Positions 46,513-56,274 of a stretch of DNA of 64,000 nucleotides are shown here, one piece after another. The number at the start of each line of letters is the position of its first letter. Position 1 is the stretch's first letter. Origin of the DNA: Longimicrobiales bacterium (GTDB lineage: Bacteria > Gemmatimonadota > Gemmatimonadetes > Longimicrobiales > RSA9). The stretch covers positions 1,670 to 65,669 of the forward strand of contig DASVDG010000131.1 in assembly GCA_036381255.1 (NCBI GenBank), in the 5' to 3' direction. The position numbers and the translations under genes are program-made. The notes beneath the pieces were generated by a model. That model ran no database searches. It had not been told where the DNA came from and was given only the letters and a program-made list of their open reading frames with translations.

Positions 46513-47034
46513 TCAGGACACGCTCGCCTGGCCGCCGATGCTCGCCGCCCGCGCCGGCCGCCGCAGCCGCTCGTAGATCGCCGCGGTCGCGATGCCGAAC
46601 CCCACGGCGACGGACCACGCGACGGCCGTCATGCGACGGCTGCGCTCGCCGGGCGGCCGCTCCGCACCGATCAGCACGCCCATCCCCCAGCGCGGGTACG
46701 TGATCCCGTAGATCACCGCGCCGAGCAGCAGCCCGCCGAGCACCGGCCCGAACCGCACCCGCTCCCTCGCGTGCGCGTACATGATCCCCCACGCCGCGCC
46801 GTAGCCGAAGTGGTACGCCGTCCCCAGCACCCACTTGGCCGGGCTCGACAACCGATGCCCGGTCAGGAGCAGCGAAAGACGATGCACCGTACGCGGCGCG
46901 ATGTCCGCGTCCTCGCCCGGTGGCAGGAACAGCCGCTCCTCCAGCTCGCCGAGCGCGGCCTGGGGGAAGGCGGCGAGGAATCCGGCGCCGGCGCCACGGA
47001 GGGTGGTGGAGGTAACGGCCTGTTTCGGTTCCAT
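46513..47034 (-). CDS. Hypothetical membrane protein
   Basis: 173 aa from MEPKQAVTST, with hydrophobic/aromatic-rich segments (WVLGTAYHFGYGAAWGIMY, LGGLLLGAVIYGITYPRWG). I cannot confidently assign a family. Confidence 0.5.
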   Translation of the reverse strand: MEPKQAVTSTTLRGAGAGFLAAFPQAALGELEERLFLPPGEDADIAPRTVHRLSLLLTGHRLSSPAKWVLGTAYHFGYGAAWGIMYAHARERVRFGPVLGGLLLGAVIYGITYPRWGMGVLIGAERPPGERSRRMTAVAWSVAVGFGIATAAIYERLRRPARAASIGGQASVS

Positions 47035-47318
47035 CGGACTCCCCGGGCAGACGCGCGGGCGGAACGACCGTCGATGGGGTCGCATCCACCGGGTCACCCC
47101 GCGTCCGCTGCCGCACGCGGCGTTCGGACGCCTCGACTGTTACGGTGCAGGAGGCGCGCCAGGCGGGGCCGGCTCGCCGGATCCGCTGGGAACCGACCGT
47201 GGTCTGCTGCTGTTGAACGCGGTGACATGAGCGGCGATCGCCGCGGCATGGGCGACCTGCGCGCTGAGGTCCCGGGCCCGGCGCGCCCCGGCGACCGCAA
47301 CCCGGCCCCCTAGCGAAC

Positions 47319-47355
47319 GGTGCGGTGCCGCATCGAGGCCTTGCGGCACCGCACC
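47319..47355 (-). terminator. Hairpin terminator after the S46 peptidase operon
   Basis: Perfect 14-bp stem GGTGCGGTGCCGCA / TGCGGCACCGCACC with a 9-nt loop, 26 nt beyond the stop. No U-tract. Confidence 0.45.
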
Positions 47356-47380
47356 CCGCCCTTCCGCGCCCCCCCGCCGC

Positions 47381-49591
47381 CTACCGCCTTCCCAGCAGCT
47401 CCGCCACCAGTGCCTCCGCCTGGTAGATGTCCCGCAGCGCCATCAGGATCCCCGCCGAGTGGACGCCGACGGCGCGGGCGCCGGTTTCGGTGCGGAAGAG
47501 GAACTCGTTGGGCAGCCCCTCGATGTTGCTGTCGAAGGCGACGCCGACGACGCGGGCCTCGCGGTCGATCATGGGGCTGCCGCTGTTGCCGCCGGTGATG
47601 TCGTTGGTGGTCACGAAGTCGAACGGTGTGTCGAGCGCGACGTGCTCGCGGCGCTCGGCGAACGACTCGGGGAGCGTGAACGGCATCTGGTTGTCGAAGT
47701 TGTAGGCGCGTTCGTAGATGCCCCAGAACGACGTTTTCGCGGGCGCGACGGTGCCGTTGTAGGGGTAGCGTCGCATGATGCCGTCGCTGATGCGGAGCGT
47801 GAAGGTCGCGTCGGGCGGGAGCTGGGTGCCGTAGACGGCGAAGAGCGCGCGGGCGAGGCGTTGCTGCTGGAGCGCCTGTTCGGCGGTGAGCGCGTCCCAG
47901 CGCGGCCGAAGCTGGCGAAGCATCTCGTCCATGTGGATCGCGAGGCGGATCATGGGGTCGTCGCTGGCCTGGAGCGCGGCGGGACCGCCCTGGATCAGCG
48001 ACTCGCGGAACGCGACGTCGGCGACGCGGGTGGAGCGGACGAGTCGTTCGGCGGCCTGCTGCGGGTTCTCGCCGGGCTGGAACGCGAGGCGGATGAACGG
48101 GTCGTTGGGCGGCAGCCAGCGGCGGGCGAGGTCGAGGCGGATCGCGAGGGTGCGGGCGCCAACCTCGGGGTTGACGGGGGTCGGCCGGCGCAGCACCTGC
48201 TCGACCTGCGCGACCTCCTGCGGGCGATAGCCTTCGAGGCGTTCGGCCTCGGGGCGGGCGGATTCGCGGATGTAGCGCACGAGCGTGCCTGCGAGCTGGG
48301 AGTACGGGTCGCCGAGGAACTCCCAGTCGTTGATGTTCAGCCGGGGGCTGACGTAGAGCTTGTCGCGCTGGATGCGGGCCATCTCGTCCCAGGCGTCGCC
48401 GTACTGGGCGCGGAGCTCCGGGTCGGCCTCGACGCGGCGGCGGAACTCGCGTTCCCAGCGGATCTTGGTGCCGACGAGCACGGTGTCGCGCAGCCCGGCG
48501 AACTGGCCCGAGTAGGCCTTGATACTGTTCTCGATACCGAAGAGCTGGTCGCGGACCTGGCGTTCCTGCTCGGGTCCCATCGAGGCGACCCACCGGAGGA
48601 AATCGCGCTGGCCCTCGAGGTACTGGATCAGGAACGGGTGCCGGTACTGCTGCTCGTACATGAGCTGGGACAGCGTGATCTGGCGGCTGGTCGAGCCGGG
48701 GTTCCCGGTGATGAAGACGAGCTCGCCTTCGCGGGCGCCGTCGCGGTCCCATTCGAAGTAGTGCGGCGTGCGGGCGGGCGAGCGGCCGTCCGGCTGGTAC
48801 GCGCGGACGAAGGCGACGTCGAGCGCGTAGCGCGGGTAGGTGAAGTTGTCGAGGTCGCCGCCGTAGAATCCGGCCTGGAGCTCGGGCGCGAACACGAGCT
48901 TGACCGGCTGGTAGCGCCGGTACCGGTAGAGGCGGTACTGCCCGCCGTGGAAGAGCTCGACGACCTGGCATTCGAAGTCGGTCGTCTCTTCACACTCGGT
49001 CTGGATCGCCTCGATCTCGGCCTCGCGTGCGCGGGCGGCGGCGGTCGGGTCGGCGCCGGCCGGCGTTGCGCCCTGGACGCGCTGCGTGACGTCGCCGATC
49101 TCGACGAGCTGGTCGAGGAAGAGGTCGGGGCAGAGCGCTTCCTCGTCGCGTGTGGCGGCGTAGAAGCCTTCGACGACGTAATCGACCTGCTCGGTCGAGA
49201 CGGCCTCGATGCACTCGCGGGCGCAGTGGTGGTTCGTCATGACCAGCCCTTCGGGCGAGACGAACGAGGCGGAGCAGATCTCGCCGTAGCGGACGGAGGC
49301 GAGGCGGACGTGGTCGAGCCACTGCGGCGTCGCCTCGAAGTCGTACGTCTCGCGCCAGTACTCGAGCGGCGGGTTCTCGAACGTCCACATGGTGCCCAGC
49401 TCGGTGCCGGTCAGCGTGACGCGGTCGGCGGTGCGCCGGGCGGCCTCGGACGGCTCGAGCGGGTCTTCGGCGCGTTCGGCGGCGGCGGGCGCGGGCGTTT
49501 CCGGCTCTGCGCGGGCGCCGCAGGCGCCCGCGGCCAGGGCGAGCGCGAGCGCGAGGGAGCGCTGGAGGCGCGGGAAAGAAATGTGTGTCAT
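47381..49591 (-). CDS. S46-family dipeptidyl-peptidase (DPP7/DPP11-like)
   Basis: 736 aa from MTHISFPRLQ, with a signal peptide. The motifs MTNHHCA (catalytic His region) and GGNSGSP (catalytic Ser) are present. Confidence 0.85.
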   Translation of the reverse strand: MTHISFPRLQRSLALALALAAGACGARAEPETPAPAAAERAEDPLEPSEAARRTADRVTLTGTELGTMWTFENPPLEYWRETYDFEATPQWLDHVRLASVRYGEICSASFVSPEGLVMTNHHCARECIEAVSTEQVDYVVEGFYAATRDEEALCPDLFLDQLVEIGDVTQRVQGATPAGADPTAAARAREAEIEAIQTECEETTDFECQVVELFHGGQYRLYRYRRYQPVKLVFAPELQAGFYGGDLDNFTYPRYALDVAFVRAYQPDGRSPARTPHYFEWDRDGAREGELVFITGNPGSTSRQITLSQLMYEQQYRHPFLIQYLEGQRDFLRWVASMGPEQERQVRDQLFGIENSIKAYSGQFAGLRDTVLVGTKIRWEREFRRRVEADPELRAQYGDAWDEMARIQRDKLYVSPRLNINDWEFLGDPYSQLAGTLVRYIRESARPEAERLEGYRPQEVAQVEQVLRRPTPVNPEVGARTLAIRLDLARRWLPPNDPFIRLAFQPGENPQQAAERLVRSTRVADVAFRESLIQGGPAALQASDDPMIRLAIHMDEMLRQLRPRWDALTAEQALQQQRLARALFAVYGTQLPPDATFTLRISDGIMRRYPYNGTVAPAKTSFWGIYERAYNFDNQMPFTLPESFAERREHVALDTPFDFVTTNDITGGNSGSPMIDREARVVGVAFDSNIEGLPNEFLFRTETGARAVGVHSAGILMALRDIYQAEALVAELLGRR

Positions 49592-49608
49592 GGCGGTCTC
49601 CACGGTGC

Positions 49609-50670
49609 TCAGCCGCGTTCGAGGTATCGGCGGAAGGCGTCCGGCAGCGCTTCGACGCGTGCGCCTTCCGGCGCGTCGGGCTCCACGCTGCTGAAGGTGT
49701 TCCAGAAGAGACGGACCCGGTCCGCCGGCCCGGCGGCCGCGGCGAGGAGATCCGCTGCGGTCTTGGCCGTGTAGGTCGGGTCCAGCCCGAGTCCGGCCGC
49801 GGCGAACGTCTCGGCCGCGGCCCGTCCCGCCGCGGTCGGGTGGCCGTATCCGACGCCGAACTGCTCGTGGTGCAGCCGGATCCGCGCGAGCGCGGCCTCC
49901 GGCGGCGGCGCGGGGATGCCGGCGCTCTGCAACAGTCGGACCGTCCGCACGGCAAGGCGGCGCATGCTCCAGTCGTTCGTGACCAGCCGGCTGGCGATGC
50001 GGATGGCGCGGATGCGCGTCTCGAGGCCGGCCATCGCGCAGCCGATCGCGAGCCCGACGGCCGTGCCGAGCGTGCCGGCGGCGACGTGGATCGCGTCCGG
50101 GCGCGGCGCCTCGCCCTCCGCGACCTGTTCGGCCAGCTCGAGCGCGCCGCTGACGTACCCGAGCGTGCCGACCGGGTCCGAGCCGCCGGGCGCGATGACG
50201 CACACTCGTTCCCCGCGGTGCGCCCGCCGGGCGCGCATCAGCTCCAACGGTACGAGCTCCATGCGCGGCGCCCAGCGGAGCTCCGCGCCGAGCGCCCGGT
50301 CGAGCAGCAGCACCCGGCGCACGTGGTCGGTGAGCGGCTGCGGGAAGAGGACGAGCGTGACGTCGAAGCCGAGCGCGCGGCCGTAGACCGTGGTCGCGAG
50401 GGCGTGGTGGGAGCCGGCGGCGCCCGCCGTGACCAGCCGCGTCGCGCCGTCGGCGCGCGCCCGTGCCAGCAGGAACTCCAGCTTGCGGACCTTGTTGCCG
50501 CCGTAGCTCGCGCCGGAGCGGTCGTCGCGCTTGATCCAGAGCGTCGCGCCGCCCGTGGCGCCCAGCGCGAGCGGCTCGACCGGCGTCGGCAGGGTGCCGA
50601 GCGGCGTCCACGGCAGCCGCGCGGCGGCGGCGGGGTGGCGACGGAACAGCGCCGGCGCCTCGGCGCGCAT
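49609..50670 (-). CDS. PLP-dependent 1-aminocyclopropane-1-carboxylate deaminase / D-cysteine desulfhydrase family protein
   Basis: PTPVEPL...LWIKRDDRSGASYGGNKVRKLEFLLA carries the PLP-lysine motif. The start is taken at MRAEAPALF. Confidence 0.8.
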   Translation of the reverse strand: MRAEAPALFRRHPAAAARLPWTPLGTLPTPVEPLALGATGGATLWIKRDDRSGASYGGNKVRKLEFLLARARADGATRLVTAGAAGSHHALATTVYGRALGFDVTLVLFPQPLTDHVRRVLLLDRALGAELRWAPRMELVPLELMRARRAHRGERVCVIAPGGSDPVGTLGYVSGALELAEQVAEGEAPRPDAIHVAAGTLGTAVGLAIGCAMAGLETRIRAIRIASRLVTNDWSMRRLAVRTVRLLQSAGIPAPPPEAALARIRLHHEQFGVGYGHPTAAGRAAAETFAAAGLGLDPTYTAKTAADLLAAAAGPADRVRLFWNTFSSVEPDAPEGARVEALPDAFRRYLERG

Positions 50671-50728
50671 CGCGTCCGCGCTCAACGCCGTCGCTCCGGG
50701 CGCGCGCCGTCCGAGCCGGGCCAGATGG

Positions 50729-52735
50729 TCATCGCAGTGATTCGCTGGCCCGCTCCGCGACGGCGGAGGCGAGCGCCATGATCGTGACCTGCGGCGGCAC
50801 GCCGACGGAGGTCGGGAAGAGGGAGGCGTCGCAGACGAAGATGCCGGGCGCGCCGCGGACGGCGCCGGTGGGGTCGATGGCGCTCGTCGCGGCGTCGGCG
50901 CCCATGGCGCAGCTCGCCTGGGGGTGGACGGAGCTGAGCGGCGTGGTGTGGCGGCGCAGTCGAGCGTCGGCCATTGCGTCGGCGAGGGTCGCCTCGTCGT
51001 GGACGGCGGGCGCGCCGGCGAGCGGGAGGTGCACGCGACGGGCGCCGGCGGCGAGGTAGATGCGGGCGAGCGCCTCGATGCCGCGGAGCAGCGATCGGCG
51101 GTCGTGGCGGCCCGGCCAGTAGGCGGCAAGCGGTCGCCCGCCGGGTCCGACGCGGACGCGGCCAGCGCTCTCGTCGTGGAGCAGGACGGATGCCGAGGCG
51201 AGGCGGGGCAGCTCGCGCATGATGGCGCGATGGCGTGCGCCGAGGCCGGGCGCGAGCGTGCCCATGAGGCCGGGCCAGGGGGCGGGGTTGGGGAGCAGGA
51301 GGAATCCGCGGCGTCCGTCGTGGAAGAAGGAGGCGAACTCCTCGACGAGGACGGCCTGGGGCAGGCCGCGCCAGGCGATGATGTCGTTGTCGAACGCGGC
51401 GATCACGGTGGCCGCGGGGTGGAGCCGCAGCCCGTGGCCGACGCGGTCGTTCCCGAGTCCGCTGCGCAGGAGCAGCGCGGGCGTCTCGAGCGCGCCGGCG
51501 CCGAGCAGCACGACGGGCGCCTGGATCACGGCGCGCCGACCGGTCGGCCGGCCGTCGGCGTCGCGGAGCGTGCAGACGACGCGGCGCGCGCCGGCCGTGC
51601 CCTCGATCCGTTCCACGGCCGCATCGGCCAGGATCCGCGCGCCCGCGTCGAGCGCGCGCGGCACGAACGTCAGCGCCGCGTTGTTCTTGCGATCGTACGC
51701 GCAGCCGAGCATGCAGTAGCCGCACCCCGAGCATTCGATGCGGTTGTGCAGCGCGAGGCGCCAGCGCCAGCCGAGGCGATCCGCGCCGCGGCGCAGCGCG
51801 TCGTTGTTGGGGTTGATGCGGTCGGCCGGGATCGGCACCGCGCGGAGCGTCTTGATCGCGTCGGCGACGTGGCGGTCGAGCTCGGCGTCGTCGATGGCGA
51901 AGCCGTGCTCGTCGCGCCAGCGGCCGACGATCCCGGCGGGCGGTCCGTAGACCAGGCCGGTGTTGTGCAGCGTCGAGCCGCCGACGCCGCGTCCCTGGAG
52001 GATCGCGATCGCCTTGTCCGCCGTCGCGCGCAGCCCGGCCTCGTGGTAGAGCAGCGGCAGCATCTCGAGTTCCCGCTGCGAGTACTCGGCCGCGGTGGGC
52101 GCACCGCCGGCCTCGACGCCGACGACATCGACGCCGAGTGCGGCGAGCCGGGCCAGCGCGGCGGCGCCGCCGGCGCCGATCCCGATGACGACGGCTTCGG
52201 CGCGGAGGCGCAGGTCGGCGTCCACGCGCCGGCCGAGGGTGATGCCGGCGACCGGGCCGGAGCCGAGCTCGGGCAACGGCGCGGAGCGCGCCCGGCGGGA
52301 TGTAGACCCGGCGGCGGGCGCGCTCGGGCGGCTCACCGCGGGCACGTCCACGCGCCCGAGCCACGGCCCGTCGTAGCCGACGGCGGGCCACGCGGCATCG
52401 CGGCCGTAGTACGCGAGCATCGACAGCGCCTTCAGCACCGCGGCGCCCTGCCGGCGCGGCGCGAGGCGGCTCGACGCCCAGGCGGCGAGGTACGCCTCGC
52501 GGTCGGCCGGCGGCAGCGTCGTGAACCGGCCCGGCCGGAGGCGGAGGAGCGGTGCGCCGTACTCCAGCGCCAGGAGCAGCGCCCGGAGCTGGAACCGGTC
52601 TACGCGGGAGAGACGCTCCAGGAACGGCGCCACCGCATCCGCCGCATCGGCGCCCGCGGGCTCGCCCGTCGCCGCGCCTACGACCGCCGTGAAGATTCGC
52701 TTCTCGACCGGGCTCCACCCGGCTGATGTCTCCAT
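50729..52735 (-). CDS. GMC-family FAD oxidoreductase with ~150-aa N-terminal extension
   Basis: GxGxxG (VVIGIGAGGAA) lies about 170 aa in. The GMC C-terminal region is present (HPQASCAMG, IFVCDASLFPTSVGVPPQVTIMALA). Confidence 0.8.
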   Translation of the reverse strand: METSAGWSPVEKRIFTAVVGAATGEPAGADAADAVAPFLERLSRVDRFQLRALLLALEYGAPLLRLRPGRFTTLPPADREAYLAAWASSRLAPRRQGAAVLKALSMLAYYGRDAAWPAVGYDGPWLGRVDVPAVSRPSAPAAGSTSRRARSAPLPELGSGPVAGITLGRRVDADLRLRAEAVVIGIGAGGAAALARLAALGVDVVGVEAGGAPTAAEYSQRELEMLPLLYHEAGLRATADKAIAILQGRGVGGSTLHNTGLVYGPPAGIVGRWRDEHGFAIDDAELDRHVADAIKTLRAVPIPADRINPNNDALRRGADRLGWRWRLALHNRIECSGCGYCMLGCAYDRKNNAALTFVPRALDAGARILADAAVERIEGTAGARRVVCTLRDADGRPTGRRAVIQAPVVLLGAGALETPALLLRSGLGNDRVGHGLRLHPAATVIAAFDNDIIAWRGLPQAVLVEEFASFFHDGRRGFLLLPNPAPWPGLMGTLAPGLGARHRAIMRELPRLASASVLLHDESAGRVRVGPGGRPLAAYWPGRHDRRSLLRGIEALARIYLAAGARRVHLPLAGAPAVHDEATLADAMADARLRRHTTPLSSVHPQASCAMGADAATSAIDPTGAVRGAPGIFVCDASLFPTSVGVPPQVTIMALASAVAERASESLR

Positions 52736-52783
52736 GCGATCGAAGGTAAAGCGACGACGCGCCGGCGTACAGGCGCACGATCG

Positions 52784-52821
52784 GGCCCGGGCGCGCCGAT
52801 CTTCGGTGCGACGCCCGGGCC
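52784..52821 (-). terminator. Hairpin after the small secreted-protein gene
   Basis: 10-bp stem GGCCCGGGCG / CGCCCGGGCC with an 18-nt loop that carries an inner CCGA-TCT-TCGG hairpin. Confidence 0.35.
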
Positions 52822-52846
52822 GCCCGCTCCGGCTACGACCGCGCCG

Positions 52847-53302
52847 CTACCCGGCCGCGCCCACCGACGACCGCCGCGGCGAGGACGTCGGCCGGTGCGC
52901 GCCGCCCGAATTCTGCTCCTGCGCCCGCAGCACCGTCAGACACCAGATCTGCGCCGCGCGGTAGATCAACTCCTCCTCGCTCCGCCCCTCGAACGTCGTC
53001 TCGATCGGCTCCGGGAACGGCGTCACCATCCGCTGGCCGGTCTGCGGGTCGACCTCTACTATTCGGTCGAGACTGGCGTCCGCCGCCACGCCGCGGCTGC
53101 CATCCTCCAGCGAAGCCGAGCGGTTCCAGTTCACGGTCCATGGCGCTTCGACGGCGTAGCCGTCGGAGAACTCGATCGTCGTCGTCAGCCGGTTGCCGTC
53201 CAGGTCCGCCCGGCACGCCGGCGCATTGGCGGGTGCCTGGGCACTCAGCCCGACGGGCGCCACGAGCGCCAGGGCCGCGACGGCTGTCATCAGAAAACGC
53301 AT
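52847..53302 (-). CDS. Hypothetical secreted protein (151 aa)
   Basis: Signal peptide (MRFLMTAVAALALVAPVGLSAQA). GGGAGG Shine-Dalgarno. I recognised no family. Confidence 0.55.
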   Translation of the reverse strand: MRFLMTAVAALALVAPVGLSAQAPANAPACRADLDGNRLTTTIEFSDGYAVEAPWTVNWNRSASLEDGSRGVAADASLDRIVEVDPQTGQRMVTPFPEPIETTFEGRSEEELIYRAAQIWCLTVLRAQEQNSGGAHRPTSSPRRSSVGAAG

Positions 53303-53360
53303 GCGTCCTCCCGCGTCGACTTCCGCTGGTAGAGGCGGGCGAAAAACCCGTCTCTGGCGT

Positions 53361-53388
53361 GATATAAAACAGCAAGAATAGGTCCCAA
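53361..53388 (-). promoter_or_regulatory. Promoter of the secreted-protein gene, overlapping a divergent extended -10 element
   Basis: On the minus strand: TTGGGA (53388-53383), 16-nt spacer, TATATC (53366-53361). On the plus strand, TGATATAAA (53360-53368) is an extended -10 candidate for the MFS gene. Confidence 0.45.
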
Positions 53389-53391
53389 CCG

Positions 53392-54738
53392 GTGAGCGGC
53401 ATTCTCATGCGGCATCAGCGTTTAGGCGATCGGGCGGTGCGGGGGCTCAGGGCGGTCGTGCGAGGGAACGTGTTGTGGCTCGGGGTGGTCTCGCTGCTGA
53501 ACGACACGGCGAGCGAGATGATCTTCCCGCTGCTGCCAGTGTTCCTGGTGCAGGTGCTGGGTGCGGGGCCGGCGTTTCTCGGGCTGGTCGAGGGGGTGGC
53601 GGAGAGCACGGCGAGCCTGGTCAAGCTGGGCGGCGGGTGGATTTCGGACCGGCTGGGTCGGCGCAAGGCGCTGGTGGGGTGGGGTTACGGGATCGCGGGT
53701 GCGGTGCGGCCACTGGTCGCGCTGGCGACGGCGCCGTGGCAGGTGCTGGCGGTGCGGTTCACGGACCGGCTCGGCAAGGGGGTGCGCACGGCGCCGCGGG
53801 ACGCGCTGCTGGCGGAGTCGGCGCCGCCGGATCGGCGCGGCGCTGCGTTCGGCTTCCATCGTGCGGCGGACCACGTGGGCGCGGTGCTGGGACCGCTGCT
53901 CGCGGCGGGGCTGCTACTGGCGTACCCGGGCCGGCTGCGGTGGGTGTTCGCGCTGTCGGCGGTTCCGAGCGTGCTCGCGGTGTGGCTCGTGGTGTGGCGG
54001 GTCCGGGAGCAGGCGGGGCCGGCGGCGCGCGTGGAGGGTGGTGCGGCGCGGGGCGTGGGGGAGGACCGCGGCGTGGGTGCGGCGGGCGCGGTGGGGGGTG
54101 GCGAAGACCGGAGCGAGCCACCGCTGCCGGGTGCGGCCGGGGCGGTCCGGGGTGCCGCGCGGGTGCTGGAGCCGCGGTTCCGGAGTTTCCTGGGCGTGGT
54201 TCTGCTCTTCACGCTCGGCAACGCATCAGACGCATTCCTGCTGCTCCGGGCGGAGCAGCTCGGCGTGTCGGTCGCGCTGCTGCCGATCCTGTGGGGCGCG
54301 CTGCACGTGAGCAAGTCGCTCTGGAGCGTGCCGGGCGGCGTCCTCGCGGATCGCGTCGGGTCGGGCCGCGTGGTCGTCGGCGGGTGGATCGTCTACGCGG
54401 CGGTCTACGCCGGGTTCGCACTGGCCGGAGCGGAGTGGCACGCGTGGGCGCTGTTCCTGGCGTACGGCCTGTTCTTCGGGCTGACGGAAGCGCCGGAGAA
54501 GGCGCTGGTCGCGAGCCTGGCGGTCGGCGGGCGGCGTGGCACGGCGTTCGGCGTCTACCACCTCGTCATCGGGCTGGCGGCGTTCCCTTCGAGCGTGGTC
54601 TTCGGCGCGATCTGGGAGGCGTTCGGCGCGCGCGTCGCGTTCCTTGCCGGTGCGGCGGTTGCACTGCTGGCGGCCGGGCTGCTGCCGTTGGCGCTGCGCG
54701 CGGGCCGCGGCGGGGACGGTGTCCGTGGCGCGGCGTGA
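53392..54738 (+). CDS. MFS transporter
   Basis: 12-TM pattern with the DRLGRRK motif after TM2 and a long Gly/Ala-rich central loop. ATG 53407 is an alternative start. Confidence 0.8.
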   Translation: MSGILMRHQRLGDRAVRGLRAVVRGNVLWLGVVSLLNDTASEMIFPLLPVFLVQVLGAGPAFLGLVEGVAESTASLVKLGGGWISDRLGRRKALVGWGYGIAGAVRPLVALATAPWQVLAVRFTDRLGKGVRTAPRDALLAESAPPDRRGAAFGFHRAADHVGAVLGPLLAAGLLLAYPGRLRWVFALSAVPSVLAVWLVVWRVREQAGPAARVEGGAARGVGEDRGVGAAGAVGGGEDRSEPPLPGAAGAVRGAARVLEPRFRSFLGVVLLFTLGNASDAFLLLRAEQLGVSVALLPILWGALHVSKSLWSVPGGVLADRVGSGRVVVGGWIVYAAVYAGFALAGAEWHAWALFLAYGLFFGLTEAPEKALVASLAVGGRRGTAFGVYHLVIGLAAFPSSVVFGAIWEAFGARVAFLAGAAVALLAAGLLPLALRAGRGGDGVRGAA

Positions 54739-54782
54739 AGTCGGGTCGGCGACGGGCGCGGCGGCCGCACGGTCGCGTTTTC

Positions 54783-54811
54783 TTGTTGCACGGCGGTGCG
54801 TTCCGTATGTT
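54783..54811 (+). promoter_or_regulatory. Promoter of the aminotransferase/methyltransferase pair
   Basis: TTGTTG (54783-54788), 17-nt spacer, TATGTT (54806-54811). Confidence 0.45.
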
Positions 54812-54876
54812 TGGGGCCGGATGTAAAGGCGCCCGCCGCCCCGGACGGCGGTCGACGGTCGGAGAGGGAGAACGCG

Positions 54877-56274
54877 ATGGACGAGGTGATGCGCGCGCTG
54901 CGTGCGCGGGAATTCAGTAGACTCGACGCGGCCGGGCACGTGTACCTGGACCACACGGGGAGCGCGCTCTACCCGGAGTCGCTGGTGCGGGCGCACGCGG
55001 AGCTGCTCGCGGGCGGCGTGTACGGCAACCCGCATTCGCGGAACCCGACGTCGCGGGCGAGCACGGCGGTGGTCGAAGCGGCGCGCGCCCGGATCCTGGA
55101 GTTCTTCGACGCGGATCCGGAGGAGTACGAGGCGATCTTCACGCTGAACGCGAGCGGCGCGCTGAAGCTGGTGGGCGAGGCGTACCCGTTCGGCGCGGGC
55201 TCGCGATTCCGGCTCGCGGCGGACAACCACAACTCGGTCAACGGGATCCGCGAGTTCGCGGCGTCGCGGGGCGCGGACGTGCGGTACCTGCACCTCGACC
55301 ACGACCTCAGGATCCGGGACGTCGAAGCGGAGCTCTCCGGCGCGGACCGCTCGAAGCCGAACCTGTTCGCGTACCCGGCGCAGTCGAACTTCTCCGGCGT
55401 GAAGCACCCGCTGGAGTGGATCGAGCTGGCGCACGAGCTGGGGTACGACGTGCTCCTCGACTCGGCGGCGTACGTGCCGACGAATCCGCTCAGCCTGCGT
55501 CGGGTGAAGCCGGACTTCGCGACGGTGTCGTTCTACAAGATGTTCGGCTTCCCGACGGGCGTCGGCGCGCTGCTCGCGCGGCGCGAGGCGCTCGGCAGGC
55601 TGCAGCGGCCGTGGTTCGGCGGTGGGACCGTACGCTTCGTCTCGGCGCAGAACCAGGTGCGCATCCTCTACCGGAACTGCGCGGCGTTCGAGGACGGCAC
55701 GCTCAACTTCCTGAGCATCGCGGCGATCCCGGCGGGGCTCGACTTCCTGGACGGGCTCGGCATGGGCCGGATCCAGGCGCACATCGCGGAGCTGACGGGG
55801 CTCTTGCTCCAGGAGCTGAAATCGTTGCGGCATCCGACGGGCGAGCCGCTGGTCCGGATCTACGGGCCGCAGGGCACGGAAGGCCGCGGCGGCACGGTCG
55901 CGTTCAACCTCGTCGACCCGAGCGGCAAGGTGATCGACTGCCGGGTGGTCGAGCTCGCCGCCGCCGAGGCGGGGATCTCGCTGCGGACCGGGTATTTCTG
56001 CAATCCCGGCGCAGCCGAGACATCGTTCGAGCTGCCGGAGGACGAGGCGCTGCGGTGCTACCAGGAGCTCGCCGGCGACGACTTCACGCTCTCGCAGTTC
56101 TCCGTCTGCCTTCACGACAAGCCGGTCGGCGCGATCCGCGCGTCGGTCGGCCTCTGCAACGACGAGCGCGACATCGCGGCGCTGACCATGCTGCTGCGGC
56201 GCTGGGCGGGCGTCTCGGCGGCGGGCGCGGCGGCCGCCGCGACGTCGCCGGGCAGGGGCGCGGCATCGGCATGA
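54877..56274 (+). CDS. Class V aminotransferase-fold PLP enzyme (cysteine desulfurase / Moco-sulfurase N-domain-like)
   Basis: 465 aa from MDEVMRALRAREF. YLDHTGSALYPES...GNPHS is typical of the family. The lysine region is in SFYKMFGFPTGVGAL. Confidence 0.75.
   Translation: MDEVMRALRAREFSRLDAAGHVYLDHTGSALYPESLVRAHAELLAGGVYGNPHSRNPTSRASTAVVEAARARILEFFDADPEEYEAIFTLNASGALKLVGEAYPFGAGSRFRLAADNHNSVNGIREFAASRGADVRYLHLDHDLRIRDVEAELSGADRSKPNLFAYPAQSNFSGVKHPLEWIELAHELGYDVLLDSAAYVPTNPLSLRRVKPDFATVSFYKMFGFPTGVGALLARREALGRLQRPWFGGGTVRFVSAQNQVRILYRNCAAFEDGTLNFLSIAAIPAGLDFLDGLGMGRIQAHIAELTGLLLQELKSLRHPTGEPLVRIYGPQGTEGRGGTVAFNLVDPSGKVIDCRVVELAAAEAGISLRTGYFCNPGAAETSFELPEDEALRCYQELAGDDFTLSQFSVCLHDKPVGAIRASVGLCNDERDIAALTMLLRRWAGVSAAGAAAAATSPGRGAASA

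Noticed and set aside
54040-54110. G-tract-rich stretch (GGGG..GGGGG..GGG..GGG..GGGGGG) that could form a G-quadruplex on the coding strand of the MFS transporter gene.
   Set aside because: It encodes the Gly/Ala/Arg-rich central loop of the transporter. One loop would be 13 nt, and such G-runs are expected by chance in DNA of this GC content. There is no independent evidence of function.
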